Positions 1 to 8,276 of a DNA stretch of 42,920 bases are shown one piece after another. Position numbers and translations under genes: made by a program. The notes beneath the pieces are model-generated. The model was not told the origin of the DNA and ran no database searches. It worked only from the letters and a program-made list of their open reading frames with translations. This DNA comes from Coprobacillus sp. (GTDB lineage Bacteria; Bacillota_I; Bacilli_A; RFN20; CAG-826), in the NCBI GenBank assembly GCA_021203745.1, contig JAJQAP010000047.1, positions 1 to 42,920 on the forward strand, in the 5' to 3' direction. The first letter of the stretch is position 1. Each line of letters opens with the position of its first letter.

Positions 1-87
1 GAGTTGCTACTGTGATTTTTCACTTCCATTCACAGATTCTTGATAAGTTATGAAACTATTATATGTAAACGTTTAGTAAGCTTCAAG

Positions 88-672
88 TTAATCTTTAATG
101 AGCTCACCATAAACTTCACCACTGACATCACAAAGTCCAGCGGCATTTGCTTCATCTGTATCGATGTGGCAGGCAAGAGCAAATGTATCTTTCACTCTGA
201 CAACACAATCTCCAAAGATGATTGATCTATTTGGTGTGGTTAATTTGATCGAGACAATATCTCCGTTTTTGCAACCAAACTCTTCAGCATCTGCAGGGGT
301 CATATGAACATGACGCTTTGCCACAATGCAACCCTCTGTAAGATCTAATTCTCCACATGGTCCAACGAGTTTAATTGGAGCACTACCTTTGATATCACCT
401 GATTCTCTAATGATGGCGGGAACGCCTAAGGCTCTTGCATCAGTGGCACTGATTTCCACTTGAGCGGCATCTCTGTATGGTCCAAGAATGGACACATTCT
501 TGATGGTGCTCTTTGGTCCCGCGACATCAAGTCTTGTGGTGCTGACATATTGACCAGGCTGAGAAAGATATGCTCTGACTTCGATGTTAGCATCTTCACC
601 ACATAAAATTTTAAATTGTTCTTCAGTAACATGAATGTGCCTTGCACTTGTTTCTACTAAAATTTGTCTCAT
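88..672 (-). CDS. pduL: Phosphate propanoyl/acetyl-transferase PduL (two PTAC repeats)
   Basis: 194-aa ORF. It carries the duplicated PduL pattern ARHIHV...QPGQY...GPK...ILGP.R...QVEIS.TDA..LG and AKRHVHM...F.D.VVRV...F.L..HIDTDEANAA, which is characteristic of PF06130. Confidence 0.9.
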   Translation of the reverse strand: MRQILVETSARHIHVTEEQFKILCGEDANIEVRAYLSQPGQYVSTTRLDVAGPKSTIKNVSILGPYRDAAQVEISATDARALGVPAIIRESGDIKGSAPIKLVGPCGELDLTEGCIVAKRHVHMTPADAEEFGCKNGDIVSIKLTTPNRSIIFGDCVVRVKDTFALACHIDTDEANAAGLCDVSGEVYGELIKD

Positions 673-762
673 GATTATTTACCTCACCTAAAATTATATG
701 CTTTTTAAAAAATTATTAAAATAATTTTGATTAGTCATTATAATATTCTAATGGTGTGAATT

Positions 763-1173
763 ATGAGAAGTAAAAAACTAGCTATTTTATCTATATGTCT
801 TTTAGCGGCACTAGCAAGTGTAGGTGGATTAAAGGAAACCTATGTAGAGGAGTATATACCAGAGGTTAGTGAAAGAGTTGAATGCACTTATCAAGAGGCA
901 ATAGAAATTGATCTTGATTTCGACATAGAAGATAAAAACGATGCATATTTTGAAGACGCTGAAAGAAATGTCGATGTTTTTTATGCAGAGGTTGCAGCAG
1001 ATAGTATTGATGACGATTCAGATGTCCCATTTTCCACTTCTCTTAGCTTCCAATGGTGGTGGATTGTTATTATCGTTGGAACCATAGCACTTATATTCTT
1101 TATAGGTTGGCTTATCTTCTTTATTTGGGATAGGAAAGACAAAAAGAAATACAAAAAGAAGCAACAAAAATAA
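763..1173 (+). CDS. Small membrane-anchored acidic protein of unknown function
   Basis: 136-aa ORF with an N-terminal hydrophobic signal/anchor (LAILSICLLAALASVGG). It has a D/E-rich middle, a C-terminal TM (WWWIVIIVGTIALIFFIGWLIFFIW) and a Lys-rich tail. A GGTG Shine-Dalgarno-like element lies upstream. No recognisable family. Confidence 0.5.
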   Translation: MRSKKLAILSICLLAALASVGGLKETYVEEYIPEVSERVECTYQEAIEIDLDFDIEDKNDAYFEDAERNVDVFYAEVAADSIDDDSDVPFSTSLSFQWWWIVIIVGTIALIFFIGWLIFFIWDRKDKKKYKKKQQK

Positions 1174-1174
1174 A

Positions 1175-1753
1175 ATGGCAGAGAAAACAGAAAAAAGTAA
1201 GAGTAAATTTGGCCGAGAGTTAGGTCGATTCGCCATTACTGGACTCAGTTGTGCAATTATTGATTATCTAGTATGCGAACTATTTTTGTTTATTTGTCGA
1301 AACATTGATACAGTATGGGCAAATATCATCGCCACTTTTGCTGGATTCCTTGTCGGTGCCACACTTAACTATGTAATATCGACCTTTTGGGTTTATAAAG
1401 ACAATACCGATAAAAAGAAAAAAGAGAGTAAAACTGGTTTGTTTGTGGTGAAATTCCTTCTTCTTGCTTTTGTCGCTCTTTTAATATCCGAAGGAGTGAT
1501 GGTTTTATCTCAATACATAGTGAGAATAACCTCGGGTTACGATATAGCAAATTTCAATATAAGCGGCATCTTTACAACGAGGTTCTGGATCGATGCAGAA
1601 TTCTGGTTATATTTACTTTGTTTTGTCATCAAAACCGTCTTTGGAGCGGTTTGGAATTATTACACAAGAAAATATATTCTCTATAAAACAAACACGAAGA
1701 GAGTTAAAAATCCCGATAATTCTAATATTGAAAATGAGGTACAAAAAGAGTAA
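1175..1753 (+). CDS. GtrA-like polytopic membrane protein
   Basis: 192-aa ORF that starts 1 nt after the previous stop. It has four hydrophobic segments and a GtrA-type N-terminus (GRFAITGLSCAIIDYLV) and C-terminal WNYYTRKYILYK motif. Confidence 0.6.
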   Translation: MAEKTEKSKSKFGRELGRFAITGLSCAIIDYLVCELFLFICRNIDTVWANIIATFAGFLVGATLNYVISTFWVYKDNTDKKKKESKTGLFVVKFLLLAFVALLISEGVMVLSQYIVRITSGYDIANFNISGIFTTRFWIDAEFWLYLLCFVIKTVFGAVWNYYTRKYILYKTNTKRVKNPDNSNIENEVQKE

Positions 1754-1771
1754 ATTATAAATACTGAAATT

Positions 1772-1856
1772 GCGCGAGTGGCGGAATTGGTAGACGCGTA
1801 CGTTTGAGGGGCGTATGGGAATTCCCGTGTGAGTTCAAGTCTCATCTCGCGCACCA
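1772..1856 (+). tRNA. tRNA-Leu (anticodon GAG), long variable arm, encoded CCA
   Basis: Manual cloverleaf. Acceptor GCGCGAG/CTCGCGC. Anticodon stem TACGT/GCGTA with loop TTGAGGG. T-arm GTGAG-TTCAAGT-CTCAT. 3' ACCA. Confidence 0.85.
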
Positions 1857-1857
1857 T

Positions 1858-1889
1858 CAAAAAAACGAACTTAAGTGTTCGTCTTTTTT
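1858..1889. terminator. Bidirectional rho-independent terminator between tRNA-Leu and the convergent methyltransferase gene
   Basis: Hairpin ACGAAC-ttaagt-GTTCGT (1865-1882), flanked by an A-run upstream and TTTTTT downstream. Confidence 0.7.
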
Positions 1890-1903
1890 ATTAAAATCAA
1901 TGT

Positions 1904-2527
1904 CTATTTTTTAGTAGCAGAAATTTCTAAGACCTTTTTTGGTTTTTCGTAGCGGTTCATATCCGCTTCCACTACCTGACACTCTCCAATTAACGAGAAG
2001 TAATTTATAGCGTCTTCAATTGTAAAGAAACGTTTATTATATCCATCTACGTAGTAATAATTCTGGTCAAGTTTTACTCCTTGTCCCGCTCCAAAATTTG
2101 TGTCTTTTGTGGAGTTTACCCTAGCAAGTAAATAACCATTTGGGCTAAGGATTCTTCTTATCTCCTTCATAATCTTTTTTGTGGTTTCATCATCAAAATA
2201 ATGAAGAGATAGATCAGCGACAATGACATCAAAAGAACTGTCGTTAAATGGTAAAGGCCCTGAAATGTCTATTAGTTTTGTTTCTGCACTCGAGATATTC
2301 TTTTTAAGAATATCAAGAGCAACCTTAGAGTAGTCACAGGCAATTACTTTAAAACCGCGTTCCACTAAATAAAGAGTGTCATTACCGGTTCCACAACCTA
2401 AATCTAGGACATTCGTGGAGCAGTTATGTAAAATGCACTGATATTTGTCTAACCAGTTGTCATAAGTTATAGATTCATCAGAGTGTTTTTTATGGGTTGT
2501 ATCCCAATAATCAACAAAATCCATCAT
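1904..2527 (-). CDS. Class I SAM-dependent methyltransferase (Methyltransf_11/25-like; no DNA-MTase motif IV)
   Basis: 207-aa ORF. SAM-binding motif I VLDLGCGTGNDT, acidic post-I residue (ACDYS) and motif II/III DVIVADLSLHY...LSPNGYL. Its ATG overlaps the helicase stop (ATGA), with AGGAGG 5 nt upstream. Confidence 0.8.
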   Translation of the reverse strand: MMDFVDYWDTTHKKHSDESITYDNWLDKYQCILHNCSTNVLDLGCGTGNDTLYLVERGFKVIACDYSKVALDILKKNISSAETKLIDISGPLPFNDSSFDVIVADLSLHYFDDETTKKIMKEIRRILSPNGYLLARVNSTKDTNFGAGQGVKLDQNYYYVDGYNKRFFTIEDAINYFSLIGECQVVEADMNRYEKPKKVLEISATKK

Positions 2528-5016
2528 AGACCTCCTAAGTCTTTATAATAATTTTCTAAGAATTTAGTTTCTTTTTCCACTACTTCATTCTTTATCTCAT
2601 CAGATAATTGACTCCACAAGGTTGGATTGAAAGATAAAAGATTCAAATCAGAACTATAATAGACAAATCGTTTTCTTTCAAACTTCTCAAAAGGATTTGA
2701 TAGAATGCTACGTTTCATTTTTATTTTATCATTTAAGTAATCGTAATCAAAGACACACCCTTTACGATCAACAGGTAGATTTCTATCTAGTCTATCGAGA
2801 TAGAAGGAACTATACCTATCGATGAGTGAGTCAATGTTAACTTCACCTTCGGTGTCAGCAAGAGCAAACATGCAGAGCATAAAGTTCAATTTAAATGAAT
2901 AAGTTAATGCATTTTCATCAATAAAATCGAGAAAATCTTGAAGAATTGTCTCATCTGAGTGAACTGGCAAATTTTTAATTGCTCGAATGTTTTCAATATC
3001 GGTTGCAGAGAAATATGGCATATTTTTACTTCCGATTGGAAGATAGAGACTAGATAGTTCTGGGTTTTTCTTTACCCACTTACTGAGCGTCGTTGTTCCT
3101 ATAAATAATTCACGTGCTGCCTGTTCAAGTGATAGGCAATCTTTGTACTTTTCTTCAAATGTAAATACATCGACTTCTTGCATAGAGATTTCGTTTTCAC
3201 TTAAACCGAGAATTGATAGGTAGTCAGTGTTGTTATTTATGACACCCGCAAAATCAGAATAATTCTCAATGTGAAAGAGGGAATTAAAGTTCCAAGGAGA
3301 AAGCTTTCCAACATAGTTGTCCACCACATCGATAACATATAGGCATTCTTTTCCATCATAATTTCTGACTCCTCTTCCGATTTGCTGCAAATACAAAACC
3401 TTAGAAAGAGTTGGTCTTGCCATAACAACGATTTCAGTTTGTGGACTATCCCAACCTTCGCTGATTAATTGACAACTTATGAGAAACTGAACTTTTTTAT
3501 CACGATAGAGTTCCATAATTTTGTCGTTATTTTTATTACCACCATAAACGGCTCTAGCACTTAATCCAGCTTCGTTCATCATCTTCTCGAGTTTTTTGCA
3601 GTGGTTGACGTTTACACAGAAGACAATTCCTTGCTTATAGAAGTCTTTCCTTGGAGCAAAATATTTCTTTATCGTTTGGACAATAAGTTCGTTTCTTGAA
3701 TCCACAATGAGGGTCTTTTCTAGATCACCATAGTTGTAATCCTTGCCGTTGTAACGGACATTACTTAAATCAATGTTACTGAGTAGTCTATAACATCGAA
3801 TATTTGATATAACACCTTTTTCTATTGCTTCTTCAAAGGATAGTTTTGATTCATATTGCCCAAATATTTCTTCGAGTTTCTGATTATCTAATCGTTCTGG
3901 CGTGGCCGTTAACCCGATTAAATATTTTGGAGTAAAATACTGTAAGGTCTTTTTGCAGTTTGCCGCTTGAGCATGATGTGCTTCATCAAAAACAATGTAA
4001 TCATAATGATCTTTTTCAATTTTGTTGCGTTCTAGAAAAACCCTATTATAGAATTTGACTTCAATATTGAGTTTATTAGATAAAACAGATGTTCTTTTTT
4101 CCCAGTCTTCCTTTATTGGAATTGATGGAACCATAATAAGCACATTTTTAACTGCACCGATTTTTTGCAGACTTTTTAGATCTTCAAGAACAATTTGAGA
4201 CTTGCCACTACCCATTGGGCAAACTATCAACGAAGTATTAATTCCTTCAATTCTTGCCTCATTTATATCTTCCAAGATTTGTTCCTGGTGTTCATAGAGT
4301 TTGAACTTCCTTTCTTCTTTAAACACTGCAGAATTTATAAACTCATCTGAACTGCCGAGATATTTCTTAATGTTATCGATGATTTGATCTTTGAAAGCCA
4401 TATTGGAAGTTGAAAAACGGAAGACTTTAAAGTCATATAGAACTAGTGTATTTTGTTTTTCTAACTGCCTTTCATATTTTTCCTCACCGATAATCTGAGG
4501 GTGATGATAGGAAACTCCGTTTTCTTCGATGGCATAATTACCATTTTTTGTTTCTATAACATAATCGACAAAGGCATTTTTTCCATTTTCAAGTGAAATG
4601 GAATATTCCTTCTTTAAATACTGAAGAGCATCCTCTCCATAGGCATCCATAAAAAGTTCTTCAAATGATTGTTCTAGAGGCGTGTTATCAGTGTGAACAA
4701 CATCAAAAATGCCACCATCATCATCAATCTCTATTTCATCAGCGGATTTATATAACCATTCATTAATTTTTTCAATCGTTTCATGGCCCCTATAGTTGAA
4801 ACGAAGGACTTTTTTATAAATTGCCATGTAGCGGTTCTGCATTTCGCAGTATTTTGAATAGTCAAAAAGAATATTGTCATAGTTTTTGCAAATATCATCA
4901 TCGACAATCAAACATATATCGCCACTAACAAAAACAAATGAAGAGTGTTTCTCATCATAAAAATACTGTTCAATGAGAGTAAATCCTAAGTCTTCAATTT
5001 GCTTTCTATTAATCAT
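2524..5016 (-). CDS. Endonuclease-SF2 helicase (ResIII/DEAH type)-HTH fusion protein with unassigned C-terminal domain
   Basis: 830-aa ORF. Residues about 148-205 (VDYVIETKNGNYAIEENGVSYHH...LYDFKVFRFS) resemble the Vsr/DUF559-type PD-(D/E)xK endonuclease core. Helicase motifs are Walker A CPMGSGKS (266-273), DEAH (344-347), TATP (370-373) and QQIGRGVR (544-551). An HTH-like segment LSLEQAARELFIGTTTLSKWVKK lies at 628-650. The last ~145 aa carry no motif I recognise. Confidence 0.85.
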   Translation of the reverse strand: MINRKQIEDLGFTLIEQYFYDEKHSSFVFVSGDICLIVDDDICKNYDNILFDYSKYCEMQNRYMAIYKKVLRFNYRGHETIEKINEWLYKSADEIEIDDDGGIFDVVHTDNTPLEQSFEELFMDAYGEDALQYLKKEYSISLENGKNAFVDYVIETKNGNYAIEENGVSYHHPQIIGEEKYERQLEKQNTLVLYDFKVFRFSTSNMAFKDQIIDNIKKYLGSSDEFINSAVFKEERKFKLYEHQEQILEDINEARIEGINTSLIVCPMGSGKSQIVLEDLKSLQKIGAVKNVLIMVPSIPIKEDWEKRTSVLSNKLNIEVKFYNRVFLERNKIEKDHYDYIVFDEAHHAQAANCKKTLQYFTPKYLIGLTATPERLDNQKLEEIFGQYESKLSFEEAIEKGVISNIRCYRLLSNIDLSNVRYNGKDYNYGDLEKTLIVDSRNELIVQTIKKYFAPRKDFYKQGIVFCVNVNHCKKLEKMMNEAGLSARAVYGGNKNNDKIMELYRDKKVQFLISCQLISEGWDSPQTEIVVMARPTLSKVLYLQQIGRGVRNYDGKECLYVIDVVDNYVGKLSPWNFNSLFHIENYSDFAGVINNNTDYLSILGLSENEISMQEVDVFTFEEKYKDCLSLEQAARELFIGTTTLSKWVKKNPELSSLYLPIGSKNMPYFSATDIENIRAIKNLPVHSDETILQDFLDFIDENALTYSFKLNFMLCMFALADTEGEVNIDSLIDRYSSFYLDRLDRNLPVDRKGCVFDYDYLNDKIKMKRSILSNPFEKFERKRFVYYSSDLNLLSFNPTLWSQLSDEIKNEVVEKETKFLENYYKDLGGL

Positions 5017-5330
5017 TAATCGTTTACATATTCGAGGAATATTTTATCTTTAAATGCTCCTCTTTCTTCTTCTTTCTGTTTTCTTTTTGCGTCAAAAGAG
5101 TCATACGTATAACCTTTTTGTGTCGCGATAGCCCTTAATACTTCTTCTAGATCAATGAGTTCTTCTACATTATCGTCTTTTAGAAATTCCTCAAGTTCTT
5201 CTTTAAATTTGGTCTTTAGGGCGTCGTAATATTCGTTATCGTCTAAGGCTCTTGTAACACAAGTTTTGCCATCATCACTTTCGATGATAGTCGGAATTAA
5301 ATCGCGTACTAATTTGTTATAAACTGTCAT
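5016..5330 (-). CDS. MazG/phosphoribosyl-ATP pyrophosphohydrolase-like NTP pyrophosphohydrolase (small all-alpha)
   Basis: 104-aa ORF. The N-terminus YNKLVRDLIPTII is typical of the PRA-PH/MazG-like house-cleaning family. Acidic metal-binding clusters KEELEEFL and EELIDLEEVL are present. The stop overlaps the helicase ATG (TAATG). Confidence 0.7.
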   Translation of the reverse strand: MTVYNKLVRDLIPTIIESDDGKTCVTRALDDNEYYDALKTKFKEELEEFLKDDNVEELIDLEEVLRAIATQKGYTYDSFDAKRKQKEEERGAFKDKIFLEYVND

Positions 5331-5447
5331 ATTTTTCTCCCATAATATTAAAAATATATCACAAATTTTTTATTCTAATAAAAAAATATAGTCATTTTAT
5401 GAAAATGAGAGTAAGATAATAAAGCGTTAAATGTAAGGAGATAGATT

Positions 5448-5933
5448 ATGCCACAGGCACAAAAAAAGAGTAGAGTAACAAGCGTTACAATCATGATCAT
5501 TTCAATCGTATTACTAATGATTGCATCATTAGCGATGTTTTTCCCAAACATCAAAACTGCCGCAGGTGCATCTCCTTCAGCCGCAGATATATTCTGGCCT
5601 AACTCCAAGAATCAACCAGTTGGGTTTATCGGTATTTGGCCTGTCTTTATCGGATATATGTTTATCTTCCTTTGTGGAGTGGGAACCCTTGTTCTTGCGC
5701 TTCCTGTTATTCATCTATCCTATAAACTTGAAAAGACACTTCTAATTACATTTACTGCACTTGAAGTTGTTGGAGCAATTCTAGTTGCCTTAATCAACGT
5801 CTTCTACTGCTCCATAAATGGTTTTATGGCCCAGCTCATGGATACCACCTTCTATTGGGGAGCGTATCTCGCGGTGTTCTGTACGTTAATTGCCGCGGGC
5901 TTAAATATCTACGCCATCTATCTAGATCGATAA
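5448..5933 (+). CDS. Polytopic membrane protein, unknown function
   Basis: 161-aa ORF with AAGGAG 8 nt upstream of the ATG. It has about 5 hydrophobic helices and no recognisable motif. Confidence 0.5.
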   Translation: MPQAQKKSRVTSVTIMIISIVLLMIASLAMFFPNIKTAAGASPSAADIFWPNSKNQPVGFIGIWPVFIGYMFIFLCGVGTLVLALPVIHLSYKLEKTLLITFTALEVVGAILVALINVFYCSINGFMAQLMDTTFYWGAYLAVFCTLIAAGLNIYAIYLDR

Positions 5934-5949
5934 TTAGTTAAATATAATA

Positions 5950-5980
5950 AAAAGAAAAGAGGCAAATGCCTCTTTTTCTT
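5950..5980. terminator. Bidirectional rho-independent terminator between convergent genes
   Basis: Hairpin AAAGAGGC-aaat-GCCTCTTT (5956-5975), with an A-rich 5' flank and a T-rich 3' flank. Confidence 0.75.
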
Positions 5981-5995
5981 TATCTATAAGTTATT

Positions 5996-7702
5996 TTATA
6001 ACTTAGATTCTAAGTCTCCAAGAATCTTTTTAAGTGGTCTTATAGCTTTTGCAACATTTCCTTCTTCAAAAGGATTTCTTAGATGATTCTTTTTAAGGGT
6101 TTCGACAAATGGGCTACGGCCACCATACTTACAGAGTTTAATGTATTTATTAATGGCTTTCTCTGGATTCTTTTGAGACAAGTCTAAGAACTCAAAGGCC
6201 ACCACTTGAGCAAGGGTATAATCGATATAGTAGAATGGGGACTGGAAGATATGAGCTTGACGGAGCCACCAACCACCTTTTTCTAGTTCTGGAGCTTCAC
6301 TGAAGTCGAGATGTGGTTGATACTTATGTTCTAGCTCTCTAAATTTAGCACATCTCTGTTCGTGCGTGGCATCGACATTTTCATAGACCCAGTGCTGGAA
6401 CTCATCCACAGTTACTCCATATGGTAAGAAGGTAATTGCCCCTTTAAGATGAGAGTACTTATATTTTGTGGTGTCTTCTTTAAAGAAGTCTTCCATATAT
6501 GGCCATGTAAGGAATTCCATACTCATAGAATGGATTTCACATGTTTCCATTGTGGCCTCTCGATACTCTGGTACTTTGATCTTTCTTGCACAGTAGAATT
6601 GGAAAGCATGTCCAATTTCATGGGTTAATGTTTCAACATCGTTTAAGGTTCCATTATTATTAGCAAAGACAAATGGTGCTTTATATCTTGGGAAGGATGT
6701 ACAGAATCCACCACTCATCTTTCCAGGTTTGGCGTCAAGATCTAGAAGATGATGATTAACCATATAATGGAAGAAGTCTCCAATTTCAGGAGAGAGTTTA
6801 TCATACATATTACAGGCAATCTGAACTTGCTCTTGGGTACCCATCTTTGGGGTGGGATTACCATCGAGGAAGTCGAGGTTATAATCGTAGTATTGAGGAT
6901 TCTTCACTCCAATTCGTTTGATTTGACTCTTATATAGCTTTTGGGTATAAGGGACAACCGCTTCATAAATCTGGTCTCGATATCCTTTGACCTTTTCTGG
7001 GTCGTAGTCCATTCTACCCATTCTGTCATAACCTAGTTCAACATAGTTTTTATAACCGAGTTTTTTGGCCATTCTGTCTCTTACATGGACGAGCTGGTCA
7101 TAGATATCACCAAATTCCGCATCATGGTCTTCAAAGAATTTTGCAGTGGCAAGAGATGCCGCTCTTCTTGTTTCTCTATCCGCAGAATTGGTATATTTAT
7201 TCATCTGAGGGAGATTTAATACCTCACCATTAAATTCAATTTGCGCGGACGCGATTAAGGCGGAGTACTGACTAACAAGTTCATTTTCTTTTGTGGCTTC
7301 TTCAATAACATCTGGAGAGAAGGTCTTTAGGGCTAACTCCCATTGTTTAACGGCATACTCTCCATAGATCTTTTTAAGATCATCGATATATGGAGCGTGC
7401 ACAAGTATCTCCATAAATTGAGTGGATACAGCGTTCAACGCTGGGGCAATCTGATTGACCTGGTCTTCGAGTTTCTTATATTTAGGATCGGTGGTGTCAA
7501 GTTGGAAATGGACTTCAATTAGTCCAAAATCTGTGGATATATCATCGGTGTATTTATTCATCTTGTTAATGACTTTAACCGCGCTTTTTGCATCGTTGCA
7601 CGCTTTTAACTCTTCAATAAGAGAGATGAGTTTTGCTTGAATCTTTTTTTCATTTAAGGGGTGAATTTTAAATTCTTCAAAGGTTAGTTCTGTTTCTTTC
7701 AT
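5996..7702 (-). CDS. pepF: M3-family oligoendopeptidase F
   Basis: 568-aa ORF with the zinc motif HEIGHAF followed by a downstream E (ETCEIHSMSMEF). Length and overall pattern fit the PepF/M3B family. Confidence 0.85.
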   Translation of the reverse strand: MKETELTFEEFKIHPLNEKKIQAKLISLIEELKACNDAKSAVKVINKMNKYTDDISTDFGLIEVHFQLDTTDPKYKKLEDQVNQIAPALNAVSTQFMEILVHAPYIDDLKKIYGEYAVKQWELALKTFSPDVIEEATKENELVSQYSALIASAQIEFNGEVLNLPQMNKYTNSADRETRRAASLATAKFFEDHDAEFGDIYDQLVHVRDRMAKKLGYKNYVELGYDRMGRMDYDPEKVKGYRDQIYEAVVPYTQKLYKSQIKRIGVKNPQYYDYNLDFLDGNPTPKMGTQEQVQIACNMYDKLSPEIGDFFHYMVNHHLLDLDAKPGKMSGGFCTSFPRYKAPFVFANNNGTLNDVETLTHEIGHAFQFYCARKIKVPEYREATMETCEIHSMSMEFLTWPYMEDFFKEDTTKYKYSHLKGAITFLPYGVTVDEFQHWVYENVDATHEQRCAKFRELEHKYQPHLDFSEAPELEKGGWWLRQAHIFQSPFYYIDYTLAQVVAFEFLDLSQKNPEKAINKYIKLCKYGGRSPFVETLKKNHLRNPFEEGNVAKAIRPLKKILGDLESKL

Positions 7703-7712
7703 ATTTTTCTCC

Positions 7713-8276
7713 TTAACTAATCATGTTCTTTTCCTTAACTTTGGCCCATTTATAGAATATACGTGTGGGGATAAATCTGACCCAGTAGTTATAACCCACT
7801 GCATCACTATTATAGTTTGTAACGTGCGCGCGATAAGAAGCATCAACATCATCGATAGAAGAGAGTAATCCTTTAATTAACTCGTGCTTTAAAAGACGAT
7901 TATCACTATTGATGAGGTTCACTAAATCATTCTTAACAATCGATAGTGTTTCTCTTATTGTTTTTGATATATCTCCATCTGGTTCTAGGTAGGATGGGAT
8001 AGAGATGGTGCTAAACTTCTCTTTAATATCTTCTGGGATAGCTACACCCGCTTTCTCAATCACCTCCATTAACTCTTTGATATAGTCATACTTTGTTTTA
8101 ATGACCACAGTTATGGCTTGGCTTCTCTTTTTTAAGGTGTAGGTAAAGTAAGTAAAAAAGAAAAGTCCCATTAAACATATAAGGACAAAAAGCACCACAA
8201 GGGCGAGGACGATGATGAGGGTTATCTGCCACCACGAATAAGAAGAGGCGTAAATTAGGACTTTCATATCACACAA
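7713..8276 (-). CDS. LemA-like single-pass membrane protein
   Basis: 187-aa ORF with an N-terminal TM. The C-terminal pattern YRAHVTNYNSDAVGYNYWVRFIPTRIF resembles the LemA motif (YN..V..YN..I..FP). The true start may be the internal MKVLIY. Confidence 0.45.
   Translation of the reverse strand: MCDMKVLIYASSYSWWQITLIIVLALVVLFVLICLMGLFFFTYFTYTLKKRSQAITVVIKTKYDYIKELMEVIEKAGVAIPEDIKEKFSTISIPSYLEPDGDISKTIRETLSIVKNDLVNLINSDNRLLKHELIKGLLSSIDDVDASYRAHVTNYNSDAVGYNYWVRFIPTRIFYKWAKVKEKNMIS

Noticed and set aside
5331-5447. I looked for a duplicated copy of the tRNA-Leu 3' end at the far side of the helicase cassette, which would be an att-like direct repeat. I also looked for a tRNA-Ser 3' end copy near 17000-17100.
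   Set aside because: No recognisable copy of the tRNA 3' segments (CTCGCGCACCA or TTCCTCTGCCA) was seen. An integrative-element origin therefore cannot be supported from this window.
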